The translations under genes and the position numbers were made by a program. This document shows positions 19,101 through 25,713 of a stretch of 64,000 nt of DNA, piece by piece. Every line of letters begins with the position of its first letter. Position 1 is the first letter of the stretch. The DNA comes from an uncultured virus (IMG/VR IMGVR_UViG_3300028888_000009) (Duplodnaviria > Heunggongvirae > Uroviricota > Caudoviricetes), in IMG/VR virus record IMGVR_UViG_3300028888_000009. One strand, given 5' to 3'. The notes beneath the pieces were generated by a model. The model was given only the letters and a program-made list of their open reading frames with translations. It did no database searches and was not told where the DNA came from.

Positions 19101-21373
19101 CCATCGTCTCTCCTGATTGCAAGCATGCCGCTCGACATATAGGGGTCAAAGGTGTAAGTGCCATCCTCGTTGGCGTTGTAATGCACCCTGCCGTTCACGA
19201 TAGTACCCTCTTGGGTCTCTCCGTTGCGGTCGGTATAGGTCACATTGTAGATGTTCTGGCCATCCCAACGGTTCACCATATCCTCTGCTTGTCTGCGATA
19301 CTCGGCTTGCTCCGCTTCAATGGCGGTGTCGTCGTTGTGCTTCACGCCGATTTGTCTTGAGCGGTTCAGCACATAACTCACGGCTGCACCCTGCTCATCC
19401 TTGTTCCAGTTGTTCGCATCCGACTGCTCCTTGAGGTATGCAGAGATGTCGCTCACACGACCATTCTCAATCATATTGTCAAGGCCTTCGATGTCAACGC
19501 CTCTCACCTTGCCAAGCAAAGCCTTCGATTGCTCTACATCTTGGTTCACGCTCTTACGCAAGCCAGCGTTGCGCACTCCGTTCACAGCGTTGCCACCGCC
19601 ACCGAGCAACATGCTCGTAATGGCGCAACTCAAGAAAGTCTCAAGCTGCTGCTCGCCTGCAAACGAACTGCTGATGGTATTCTTAAATGCTTCTCCGTAT
19701 GACTCTCCGCGCTGCGCATCGGTGGCCATCAAAGCGTTCATCACGCTGCCCAGTTCTTCTTCAAGGAACTCCTCGGGAGCCGAGCCAATCTGCGTCAGTC
19801 TGCCAAGTTGCTGCGGTATCCTAAACACATCTTGAATCTTGCCTGCGCCAACGGTCTTCATCACATTGTCAAACTTGCCTGCAAGGTCGAACATCTTGCT
19901 GTCAAGCAGCTTCGCACTCTTCGTGATGTTGCCACCTGCATACTCAGTGAAGTTCTCGATCCATGCCGAAGCAATGGCTTGGTAAGCAGCCTGCCCTGCG
20001 CTGCGGTCGTTGTCAAACACATGGAGATTACCTTGTTTGTCATAGTAGATGTCGCCTGCATAGCGTCTCTCGAAGTCCTCAACCATGCCAGCCACACTCA
20101 ATGGGTTGGCAAAAGTCTGTATGGCCGATGACACAGCCATACCTTCCAACTCGGGAACCACGCGAGTGGCAACGAAATTCCTTGCGGCGCTCGTTGCTTC
20201 CTTCTTGGCAAGGCGTTTTACGGCTTTCTCCGCCGATTTAGCGGCCACTTTTTCTCCAACTTTGGTCGCACCAGTCACTCCTGCACCAACCACAAACTGT
20301 AAAGTGAACATCAGTTGCTCTGGTGCGCTCTGTCCGATGCGCTCCCACAAAGTGTTGTTGTCTTGGTAGGCGAAATCCACGCCTGCCCTGGCTTCCATAG
20401 CCTCTTTCAAGAGCTTCTGCGAGTCGGTCAACTCCTTGCCGTCCTTGATGTCTTGGCTCAACTGCAAGATTGACATGGCATCGGCCATCCCGATGGCAGG
20501 CATCAACTCATAATAGTTGGCATTTTCCATTCCACGCAAGAAACCAAGGCCTCTCTGCTCTCCGTTTTGCCTCATTTCCTCAAGGCGCAACTGATTCTTG
20601 GCATTCCTAACCTCGTTTCTTGCCGCTCTCAGGTCGTTATTATTGGTATCTGTGATGGCTTCCACCACTTCTTCCGTGATAGGGTTCTCGGCAGAAGCCA
20701 AACCCTCTGCCATTCTCTGCCACCAACTCTTTTTGTTGTCTTCCTCTACCCTTTTACTGATACGCTCCCTATTACGGTCAGCTTGCATTTGGTCAATTCG
20801 TGTCGAAACATCGTTCACAGCGCGTTTTTGCTGCTCGTAATAGGCTCTCGCACCCTCGGTCTTGTTCCACTCGTCAATCCAAGAGGAGACGCCTCTCATT
20901 TCCTCATCCAAGCCTCTCAGTTGGCTCTCATATTCCTTCCTCTGCGAAGCCGTAAGCGGCTCCATCTCGGTGTCATTGTCAAGTTCTCGTTGGATGCGCT
21001 TACGTTGGTCTGCAAGTTCCTTGCCTCTCTGCTGCATCGTAACGAAATTCTCTGCCGTAAGGTCGCCATAAGGCTGCTGAGGCTCGTTGTCAACCTGCTC
21101 CATCGTAACGGTAGGCACCTGCGGCTGCTGCTGCGCCTCTACATCGGAAACATCAACTCTCGGAGCGGGCTGCTGCTGACCGAAATAATCGCCAACAAAC
21201 TGGTTGAACTTGTCGGAATCACCAATATCAACGTATTGACTGGTGCTGTCAAAGAATTTTTGACGGCGCGACGGGTCTTGCATCGCACCATAGAAATCGT
21301 CATAACTCCCAATATCAAGATACGAACTTACATTGTCGTAAAATGAACGTAGTTTATCTTTTTCTTCCATCAA
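7115..21373 (-). CDS. Giant polyvalent virion/ejection protein (DarB-like): N6-adenine MTase, Strawberry-notch-like SF2 helicase, zincin metallopeptidase, LPD38-like C-terminus
   Basis: 4752 aa. MTase motifs VLEPSAGNG (~15725-15750) and NPPF (~15561-15572). Helicase motifs GDETGIGKGR, DEAH, SATFAK and QMRGRINRTGQ. HEGVAHYGL at 10658-10675. C-terminal YSFFNASMQG...NEDFTGSPLY pattern. Confidence 0.85.
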   Translation of the reverse strand: MMEEKDKLRSFYDNVSSYLDIGSYDDFYGAMQDPSRRQKFFDSTSQYVDIGDSDKFNQFVGDYFGQQQPAPRVDVSDVEAQQQPQVPTVTMEQVDNEPQQPYGDLTAENFVTMQQRGKELADQRKRIQRELDNDTEMEPLTASQRKEYESQLRGLDEEMRGVSSWIDEWNKTEGARAYYEQQKRAVNDVSTRIDQMQADRNRERISKRVEEDNKKSWWQRMAEGLASAENPITEEVVEAITDTNNNDLRAARNEVRNAKNQLRLEEMRQNGEQRGLGFLRGMENANYYELMPAIGMADAMSILQLSQDIKDGKELTDSQKLLKEAMEARAGVDFAYQDNNTLWERIGQSAPEQLMFTLQFVVGAGVTGATKVGEKVAAKSAEKAVKRLAKKEATSAARNFVATRVVPELEGMAVSSAIQTFANPLSVAGMVEDFERRYAGDIYYDKQGNLHVFDNDRSAGQAAYQAIASAWIENFTEYAGGNITKSAKLLDSKMFDLAGKFDNVMKTVGAGKIQDVFRIPQQLGRLTQIGSAPEEFLEEELGSVMNALMATDAQRGESYGEAFKNTISSSFAGEQQLETFLSCAITSMLLGGGGNAVNGVRNAGLRKSVNQDVEQSKALLGKVRGVDIEGLDNMIENGRVSDISAYLKEQSDANNWNKDEQGAAVSYVLNRSRQIGVKHNDDTAIEAEQAEYRRQAEDMVNRWDGQNIYNVTYTDRNGETQEGTIVNGRVHYNANEDGTYTFDPYMSSGMLAIRRDDGSVEQVAGRNVTALNNVATIEEQLESQNQTIDQLMRAEFDQDGMLPTIDSVWGVNLVPNVTQFQNGRYTYLEQDDNGLYAFANNDKRTSKDNPIVYLTERQLIEYGLSLNLENAQANGDTEAAQKAQDDIDFLKRLDEITADAGAKGQWDVVKAYAQKNVQLDANGDIIPDGSNEQATAAYLLAISEGSFENAIASVDQTIAALGTPQQTEVTDNAADNAAMNNAAATVDADKARQIDFYTNVRNRLTEMQQGKEESDQEEAEQVVANTPVSQMEVGQQFPVEWRGQQAMATVMGKDADGRSVVTVRDMDGEDIEAGIDDMSDAQWEAVRVQPQEATAPEQVPPQVPQQVEPQQEVPQAASQSEPQPQQEAQQEPRLPRDKDGNIDYEQITDPALYAQGLLEEFGDEAIDTINDLINEEMEALAKAGEKKNAIERRRAQKESQGKLDFYYKVKDALTPQEQVETPTEEAAPVEEAPIEQPVAETPVEEAQPEQAPEQEATEESEPIAEETIEEQPSKPTEKEDSEFQKRIAAVGEPRNLEEAILMDIALGGAKFRWGNRNEDKKVLKRGIGDLWKYDNKEFRKRIGIVKKDGFSIETYAEAILAGQLQPYSGAVSQQAEGMDFQDIVAAIEDVLQMVTSKTGALQAIEENRQAEAEEEQRYIRSLQDKEARDMGFEDWEDYENYQKSLEENNLTDDDYEEINRIFAEQTQEEDEQRARTSESEGDTAANQSDEQQGVRGESEGGTGVLQGTQVTDTGATEPTGQSTRSESGDTTNAAPQGEGADEVRAEIDRLKAQRASIVSQRDEIQQRYEQANGLFGDTQADENDLFGGQSFLSPELAQATIDGYNRQIKQIDEQIAKLEASLKRAEGVTQTEIEEAAEVAPADGGNTIFTEDEKDRRIEALKRRHRSQLNIAIDPQDLGDMLYVAGYHIEKGIRKFADFCKNMIEDLGDWVRPYLKQVYQAAKYDEDIKKLNVNRKEWSSEEEVDDFDVDNFDKQSQSTSKQDDFIATVEQRMADGNQININVLRALASSLEMGDVKDTELQEMTERAIINMAKRLVAEGKNEKETFDSIVKLYNAQPTISMRSSERIEKQQYSTPIPIAYLADMFVKNGLGNGIVLEPSAGNGMMVFGLPSAQVEVNEIDPVRARMLVGQGFRNITMKDGRQPFDGKYDGIVTNPPFGSSPEINVDGVPISGLEEQMVINALNAMKDDGKAAIIIGGHTKYTNFGALASQKGFFNYLYSRYNVVDVINVNGDLYTKQGTKYPVRLILIDGRKSDEQRIKEAANAKGGKVLAPVKQNARAEVVNTFEELYNRVSDDIQNQGQRQRTEADKQQDKPSERTGDATNGNTQQPGRNGESVRGDGVLSNPSVQPNMGGVATSTGRSEGSETEVNDKTDSGEPDGKPASPRVSATQQRNETGAGEREGGNSTDTQQRTERDADTGRTGLGRGASQLETQKKVQVNIGDEKVAYPKQSKSNDVGTVVPAAQAQALGKVLSDFGDIDQFVQDELGYSSKEEMYNALSAEQVDGVALAIKKAKEGKALIIGDETGIGKGRQAAAMIRWAVRQGKKPVFVTEKPDLFSDIYRDLVDIGSGDLVPFIVNAREAKSNITDNDGNVVYKGSTPEELKRVEDYVDNYRTLPDGYDFAVVTYSQLQDGTMDYEDGNKKARSYGKKQPSAQTLKNKQAAQAKRDMIEKLAKDNYIVMDEAHNAAGTNGGGAMFWRFVVPQTKAVTFLSATFAKRPENMPIFALKTSISEANVSPEELIQAIEQGGVTLQEIMSKGLVENGEMVRRAKSFEGVTVDWLPMKGDTKTAKEKYNTTIELFNDIIQFQREFIDPIVNGINEEIAEMQEELGHKKGTANMGVTNTPFASKTFNLVRQIILMSKVEEAADMAIEEFKAGRKPLIALDNTMEGFMNEAFAGLDSDGAEEPDFSLVFKKGLDGVFRMTRKDSNGNESDEVIRLSDLPKEGQERYHELVEKINKTSVGLSISPIDAIKRKMTEAGLRVGELTGRHTEMVYNEDGTVKVQNRRDRDKKKIMREFNNGDIDAIIINKSSSTGVSLHSNKKFKDQKPRTMIIAQSQLDVNGEVQMRGRINRTGQVNLPKYIYIVSPVPAEGRLTMMLKHKLASLDANTTSSQKSKQNEIDIVDFLNKYGDKVVVEWLKDNMDMVDKLLDPFKWNDKGEDEIEKYEGVEGDASKLASRVALLTTEEQERFYQEVSERYTAYIDYLNGIGQNDLEITTMPLNAELKSSEVLVSGKNPGGGNVFADNANLERYEVDVLRKPMRASEVKKQMEQLTDGLDKYEYRDKLREQLNAATQKKLDELQAEQDEATKEAQEKAEAKLRKLAEKKPENYPEADMPAFIHSVRTTAEDEVAKKFEKRMAKINRNRTNMDFVFRNVPVGRVVSVPVGKKGDARFYTQGMLMGYKVKGDSMNPSSVTAVFATLDSRRRVEIPLSMTEDFEALVRDSQFNMGELGRITLDNWDSIVPDKQRKEVYIITGNIIQAMSTANEGQLISFTTNDGEIKQGILMPDKWEKKNAKKRTKINDPKILEALEGDTVIKSSDGQVTIEKNRQRWYSVGYVIRVPKSKQTGGKYFLDEGLRSLVKNADFYQSGGFMVGDIVDGNLKAVLDYLAEHFDMTTDVKAFEDEQHGDGEVMYRNQEREYEFGETLPIKKDADGRYRVEGLNDSYPNLDRLLDAWRDEHLDYFAEIRNGKLYIEPWNLPEPKTAKEKRYLQKSRERAWRNMHTKADDTIKKLGLQDRVTILDSTDGLEGKKKTAKGWFDPATGKIVIVMPNHRDPHDVMKTILHEGVAHYGLRQLVGNDNMNEFLDKVFEHASKDVRDRIIDLAMNKYNRNIRKATEEYLAGLAESTNFEDATEKDWFKKIKGWFMQMLHKVGIDFGNFGEAVDNATFWGDRFTDNELRYLLWKSYRNLVANAESRTELARDVMMQSQLGVGNYAPQTVAAESMAREDNDDDFDPDDNGGGVMFRDGEPANEIADEYNRETGANVSGVNAVKRGWEKFARDMFDGLRPLEQMQKLIEKALGRKLRDSEKAYELATQLTSKTGQQIDREQLSYMVPVLQQVTDVIKALKDADGYSLDEAYEKVTNYMLAKHGLERNEWFKKQGKDEGDYAGLRGLAERLGYNPDDYKTAAEVTVKDMEDTMKAAGIDVKEFWKTVNALTNRMLEISYESGMIDKDTFEDLKKRHKYYVPLRGFAEGTAADLFDYVTQSPHFQNIFQKAKGRKSMADDPLANLMSMLQSSIVIGNQNQVMQKIYNLAVNSNSDLLRVTKPWYVYNDATNTWEEKYPDIPEDATADEIDAIMKQFDADMAKLKANGKAKRKYNRIDVGKKLLRYQAKEHEMVAYIDGQRVLMHVAGNPLVAQSMNRMNAQHLNKVMQGIQAVTRWYSAINTSWSPAFGPKNAARDIRMMLFGAYTTGGIKKMWQSARDIVKAGWALPRLLITGKMDGGLVKALGKQKAAQLEQWWNEFLDNGGETGFTRTLNAEKAKGEVKDMIRHMLNGSKDGENRVRKYTIGLIEWIGRYSEDISRFAAYCQQRAQGESVLSSINEAKNVTVNFNVKGGGDLAANMRAMYSFFNASMQGINRMRRLATEHPGRFSAGIAAMMLGGAVLPWLNMAMFAMLGGDDDDWRKYEELTEYTANHNMILYVGNHKFISIPWSQELAPFNALGNIWFRQQMGWNKGRSVAEQWGDMFVDLSPISVASGNKPGVGLVKTIMPSFTTPIWESLFNEDFTGSPLYKDNQWNKYDAAWEKAYTGKTSQSVIDASRWLNEKTDIDINPAIAEHLFSGVLGGMGRSGDKLLRYFTNGFQLQDAPFIRTMMFDSKKQGYIGAVQREYGRNAYDVLPKVKHDVDDMDAMEFAQFSQTEEFEIANLVSVYKTGKDLAGNKKGIVGIDAMEKEYKKIAGASDGSEEYREQLEEIRSSITERKMEMLDEIQQIKYEHSGDLRKRIIDRVNEVEQESKEKNARKNGKEK

Positions 21374-22572
21374 TACTCGATTTTAGGTTTTTTCCCGCCT
21401 TTCTTGAGGAGTTCTTTTTCTCCTTCGCTCAATGCGTGTGGCGTTTGTCTTATTGGTGATGTGTTCCAAGTCACAGGATTACCTCTGTAAGCTCTCGGAG
21501 TTTGATTTGGTGTCGTACCAGCGTATCTCCTCGGCTCGGGCAACGAACTCTCGTCAGGCCTTACGCTGTGGCCACCGAACTGTTCAAACTCTTGTACGGC
21601 TTCATCGGCATAGATGTCCTCAATGCCGTAGGTGCTGTTGATGCCGTCACGGAAATCCGCATCGTCATCATACAAGCCTCCATATTGGTATAGTATCTCT
21701 TGTGCTTCCTTGTCGCTCTTAGGCTTCGAGATAGGCTTCTCCTTCTCCTCGGTGACCTTCTTGCTCTTGTTGCGCTCCTCAATATCCTTGTTGAGCTTGT
21801 CCACAATCTTGTCGGCCACATTCTTGCGTATCTTCTCCGCCTCTTTCTTGTCCTTGGCAGGGATGTCAACGCTACCGACCGAAACGCTATGGTCTCTGCT
21901 ACCCTTTGAGCCGCCACCACCGCCCGAGTGACGGATGTTGGCAAGGCGCAAGTTCTGGTTGTATTGGATTTGGTTGCGTTCCTTCCATTTTTCGTCCTCT
22001 CTCTGCTCCTTTGCCAAAGCAGCTTCCTGCCCACGCTCCCAATCATAATCGGCCTGCGCATACTTGTTCTGGTCTGCAATGTCTGCATTGGCATTATTGA
22101 AGTTGATGTCGTATGCCTTCTGTGCAGCCGCATCCTGCGCCTTGGCTGCTTCAAGCCTCATTTGTGCCTGCTGCAAGCCCATTGCATCATAACGCTGCTG
22201 CGCTTCCTTTCGATCTGCTCTCAACTGCCTGTCGGCATCCCTCCAAGTGGCGTACATATTCTTCTCCATCTCGTTGTTCCACGTCATATTTGGAGCGTTG
22301 TTGGCCGTTCCGTTGGCGTTGATGGCGTTGGCAATCACGTTGGCGAACAGGTTGGCACCAGTCCAAAACTGCCTACCTTTCTGGATTCTCGCGTCTTCCT
22401 CGGCTTGTCTGCGAGGGTCTGCCGCAGCAGCAAAACGCTGCCGTGCCTCGTTATAAAAGGCGTCTATGTCGGCTTGAGCCTGCTGCGTCGCCGTATTGGT
22501 CGGAGGAGCGTATGTCTGCCGCTTGATAAGCTCAGGCCGCTTCTTCTCTTCTTCGTATGTTGTAGTTGCCAT
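21370..22572 (-). CDS. Putative internal virion / ejection protein
   Basis: 400 aa, A/Q-rich and helical, with a GGGGG linker. Lies between a pilot-like gene and the giant protein, the small-medium-giant order seen for podovirus ejection proteins. Confidence 0.55.
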   Translation of the reverse strand: MATTTYEEEKKRPELIKRQTYAPPTNTATQQAQADIDAFYNEARQRFAAAADPRRQAEEDARIQKGRQFWTGANLFANVIANAINANGTANNAPNMTWNNEMEKNMYATWRDADRQLRADRKEAQQRYDAMGLQQAQMRLEAAKAQDAAAQKAYDINFNNANADIADQNKYAQADYDWERGQEAALAKEQREDEKWKERNQIQYNQNLRLANIRHSGGGGGSKGSRDHSVSVGSVDIPAKDKKEAEKIRKNVADKIVDKLNKDIEERNKSKKVTEEKEKPISKPKSDKEAQEILYQYGGLYDDDADFRDGINSTYGIEDIYADEAVQEFEQFGGHSVRPDESSLPEPRRYAGTTPNQTPRAYRGNPVTWNTSPIRQTPHALSEGEKELLKKGGKKPKIEY

Positions 22573-22584
22573 GATGTCGTGTTT

Positions 22585-23268
22585 TTACATTGGGAAGTCA
22601 AACTTTCTGTTCGGGTCAATCCAGTTGGGATCGGTAGAAGTAGCCGCCAACACATCTGGTGACAAACTGACGCTCGAAGGCGTTGCCTTGGCATCCATGC
22701 CGGTTATCGTACCTGTCTTGGTGCCATTACCGTCAGCAGTCGGAGTACCCATCTGCGCTCCCATCGCACCAACAGCGTTAATCATGCCCTGCGCTGCCTG
22801 CGAAGCGGCATTGATGTTCGCCACACTCTTATCATATTCGGCCTTCTCCAAGCCTGCATTTGCCCTGTCATACTGGCTGCGGTAGTATTGCAGCTGCGGC
22901 ACGATGTTCATCTGGTGCTGACGGATGAGGCTGCGCTGATACTCGCTCATCAAACGAGAGGTCACATCCTTCGTTGCCGCCGTGTTGTAGCCACCGCCAC
23001 CCATCACAGCATTTCTGCCTGCCGCAGCCGTGTTCACGTCGTTCAGTTTCTCTGCCATGTCGGTAGAGAGTGCGCTGCCGCTCTTCGTGTGGAGCGGGTC
23101 TACGTTCTCATAGTAAGCCTCTCTCTGCGCTGCACGCTCCCTGTCGGCCTGCAATGCGTTCCTATATCGTGTCATAGCCTCTTGCGACTGGCGGTTGGCG
23201 TATGCGCTGATACCGCCGTTAATCGCTGCTGCCGCAAGACCTGCTATCGCTGATGCTGTCAATATCAT
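22585..23268 (-). CDS. Putative ejection / DNA pilot-like protein
   Basis: 227 aa; hydrophobic Ala/Gly-rich N-terminus (MILTASAIAGLAAAAINGGISA) followed by a coiled region; first gene of the operon. Confidence 0.55.
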   Translation of the reverse strand: MILTASAIAGLAAAAINGGISAYANRQSQEAMTRYRNALQADRERAAQREAYYENVDPLHTKSGSALSTDMAEKLNDVNTAAAGRNAVMGGGGYNTAATKDVTSRLMSEYQRSLIRQHQMNIVPQLQYYRSQYDRANAGLEKAEYDKSVANINAASQAAQGMINAVGAMGAQMGTPTADGNGTKTGTITGMDAKATPSSVSLSPDVLAATSTDPNWIDPNRKFDFPM

Positions 23269-23289
23269 ATCTATTATACTTTTATCGTG

Positions 23290-23336
23290 CGAAAATAGAC
23301 CTTGCCAACCACTAATAATCCGTAAAAAGTCACAAA
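23290..23336 (-). promoter_or_regulatory. Late-type promoter 1: 20-bp box + 19 bp + -7 element
   Basis: Minus strand TTTGTGACTTTTTACGGATT-N19-TATTTTCG, upstream of 23268. Confidence 0.75.
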
Positions 23337-23346
23337 TAAATCCATA

Positions 23347-23382
23347 TTATTTAGAATCATTCCAAATAATGTCGTATATTTG
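23347..23382 (+). promoter_or_regulatory. Palindromic operator followed by a Bacteroidota -7 box
   Basis: TTATTTAGAAT-C-ATTCCAAATAA (23347-23369), 5 bp, then TATATTTG (23375-23382). Confidence 0.7.
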
Positions 23383-23390
23383 CACTCGTT

Positions 23391-23639
23391 ATGACCGATA
23401 ATATCATATTAGACCCGATGACGGAGAAAGAGTTCAACGATGCCGTCTCCGATGCCTTCAACGAAGTCGTTGGAGCGATGGACACCGACACTCTTGAGAA
23501 ACTGGACTACCAGGACATAGCCGAGATGTTCTTCTACAACGGCTTCTACCGTGGCTGCATGGCGATGACCGACAACGCAGACCTACAGGAGACCATCCAC
23601 ATGATGAGCAAAGAGATAAACTACCAAATGAAACAATAA
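23391..23639 (+). CDS. Hypothetical acidic protein
   Basis: 82-aa ORF immediately after the -7 box. Confidence 0.6.
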   Translation: MTDNIILDPMTEKEFNDAVSDAFNEVVGAMDTDTLEKLDYQDIAEMFFYNGFYRGCMAMTDNADLQETIHMMSKEINYQMKQ

Positions 23640-23657
23640 TTTTCCTATCTTTACAGC

Positions 23658-23867
23658 ATGAAAAAATGCCATATATGCCAAAAGGAGATTCAAGAGGACG
23701 ATGCCGTCAGGCTTGGATGGAAGAACGACCCTAACCCGATTTTCATCTGCCGTGAATGCGCACAACCTATTTGTGGAATATTTGTCGCGCCAATCGCAGA
23801 AGAAAGAGAGTTGGTTAATCTGATAAACAAGCAAACTGAAGCAATCATAGCAGTTCCAAAAGATTAG
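23658..23867 (+). CDS. Small zinc-finger-like protein
   Basis: CHIC...ICREC, two CxxC pairs. Confidence 0.55.
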   Translation: MKKCHICQKEIQEDDAVRLGWKNDPNPIFICRECAQPICGIFVAPIAEERELVNLINKQTEAIIAVPKD

Positions 23868-23894
23868 TGCATCCCTCATCCGAGGGAAGGTAAT

Positions 23895-23939
23895 CGGGGC
23901 GCGGCAGGGCAAGAACCTTGTCTGCGCCCCGCGTTTTTT
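23895..23939 (+). terminator. Intrinsic terminator
   Basis: CGGGGCGC...GCGCCCCG stem followed by a T run. Confidence 0.6.
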
Positions 23940-23941
23940 CA

Positions 23942-23988
23942 TTTCGGAGTTTTTACGGAGTTGTACTATCAAACTCTTGATAGTTTTG
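23942..23988 (+). promoter_or_regulatory. Late-type promoter 2
   Basis: TTTCGGAGTTTTTACGGAGT-N19-TAGTTTTG, upstream of 24009. Confidence 0.75.
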
Positions 23989-24008
23989 CCATCAAAAACA
24001 TACAACCC

Positions 24009-24518
24009 ATGGCAAAGAAAAAAGATTACTTTGAACATCACCCAGATTGGAGTATAGTAAACAAAGATGGAGAAGTTGTCAAGCAAGGCGTAGTCACAAA
24101 GACTTGCAAGACAACGGAAGAGTTCGTCAAGATATACCTCAACGCCATCGACGAAATGATGAAACTTGATCACCGTACATTCCAAACCTTAATGGTATGC
24201 TTCAAAACATGCACCTACGCCAACGAAGACAATAAGGAAGGCTCCATAGTCACCAACAATAGCATCTTTAAAGACCTCTGCCGAGAAGCCATAGGAAAAG
24301 ACAAAAACGGCAAACCACTATCAGACGATGCAGTGAACAACTACATCTCAAGACTCGCCAAAATGAATATCCTACAAAGATACAAATGCAGAGGAATGTA
24401 TATCATAAACCCGGCACTCTTCATCAAAGGACATATCCCACAAGAAGTCCGAATAAAAGCACCTCAAAACATGGAACCTAACAACAATTTTGATAGTTCA
24501 ACTAACACCCCATGTTAG
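24009..24518 (+). CDS. RepL-like winged-HTH DNA-binding protein
   Basis: Start MAKKKDY. FVKIYL...HTH-like DDAVNNYISRLAKMNIL...GMYIINPALFIKG resembles the RepL family C-terminus. Confidence 0.55.
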   Translation: MAKKKDYFEHHPDWSIVNKDGEVVKQGVVTKTCKTTEEFVKIYLNAIDEMMKLDHRTFQTLMVCFKTCTYANEDNKEGSIVTNNSIFKDLCREAIGKDKNGKPLSDDAVNNYISRLAKMNILQRYKCRGMYIINPALFIKGHIPQEVRIKAPQNMEPNNNFDSSTNTPC

Positions 24519-24562
24519 GTATTCTAACACCCCATGTTAGGTATTCTAACACCCCATGTTAG
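24502..24562. repeat. Three 22-bp-period repeats, each containing the inverted repeat CTAACA-CCCCA-TGTTAG
   Basis: ctaacaccccatgttaggtatt twice, then ctaacaccccatgttag. The first copy supplies the stop of the RepL-like gene. Confidence 0.95.
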
Positions 24563-25195
24563 TTCATCTTCACTCAAATAAAAGGAAATCAGCAACTTAA
24601 ACGCATTTCCCCTTCTTACTCTTATAATGACCCTAAAATCATACCTATCACCCGCCACAAAAAGGTACTACTTTCCAAAGGGGCGTACCCCCTCCTTGGA
24701 CATCACCCTCTACCACCGCCCAGGGAGAAAAGCGAAGCGGAAAGGATTACTAATGCACTGAGACACGTTGGAAACGAGAGAGGCACGAAGAAAAGTATAT
24801 ATATACCGTTACAGGGGCGCATCGTTCCACCCCTGCACCCCCATCCTTGTGCCTCGCCTGCTCGCCTGCCTGCCCGATTCCGCATCCATCACACACGAAG
24901 CAGTAGGGTAGGGGAGGGGCTAACTGACTGACACACATATACAAAGGTAGAGTACAGCACCGCCATACTCAATTTAACATAAGAAGGGTTATGTTCCGAT
25001 AGAGGCTAACTACCTATATTATAATAAGATAGCAGCCATCTTTGAATCATTGGTCGTGGGTTTCGGTCAGCAGGTTGCAAGGTTGCAAGGCGGCAATTCC
25101 CACCCTCTTTGGTAGGTGGTTGCCTCTTTCCCTCCGTTCCTCCTCCCCTATAATTTCCTAATCTTTGCCTCTCATTTTCAACGACTTACACGAAT

Positions 25196-25214
25196 TAGTA
25201 CGTAATACGTACTA
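25196..25214. promoter_or_regulatory. Perfect palindrome TAGTACGTA-A-TACGTACTA (putative operator)
   Basis: A second copy lies at 63471-63487 with the same 3' flank ATCCTA. Confidence 0.6.
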
Positions 25215-25625
25215 TCCTATTTTTAGGACTATCCTTGAATGTGTACCAATATACGCGCGAGAGTTATAACGTTGCAACCTATATTCACATTTATAATTCA
25301 ACATTCCGCATTAAACACTCCCCTGTTTGCTCCCATCTTCTCCCCTGATTCATCATCTCGCTGGCTCCACTGGTTGGATATGGAAGGCGCAACTTAAGAT
25401 CTATGGGCGAACCACTTTACAAGCCATCCTAATAGCCTCTAATCCTATCTAAATAACCCCTGCCCTATTTAGACAAATGCAAATTTTTTCATTCGTAACT
25501 CTCTGATTTACAACTAAATGCTTATTTAGAACGATTTAGTTATTTTTGTTGTAACTTACTGATATTCAGCATTGTTCATTCTAAATAAGAAACGTAACTT
25601 GCTGATTTACCGCAACTTGACTAAA

Positions 25626-25658
25626 TTTGACTTTGGGTTTTGTACTGCCGTACCTTTG
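25626..25658 (+). promoter_or_regulatory. Bacteroidota sigma-A promoter for the early ArdA operon
   Basis: TTTG (25626)-N21-TACCTTTG (25651-25658). Confidence 0.7.
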
Positions 25659-25713
25659 CATCGTCAAACAACGAAATAACCAACTTAATTATTCACACTT
25701 AAAAACAACAATC

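Noticed and set aside
3542..22662. Many long + strand ORFs (e.g. 3542-5032, 7211-8761, 9755-10888, 11840-12934), also 60811-62322
   Set aside because: Antisense shadows of strongly codon-biased minus-strand genes; L/V/H-rich translations with no motifs.
24502..24562. CRISPR mini-array
   Set aside because: The repeats are directly tandem with an identical 5-bp linker; there are no unique spacers and no cas genes.
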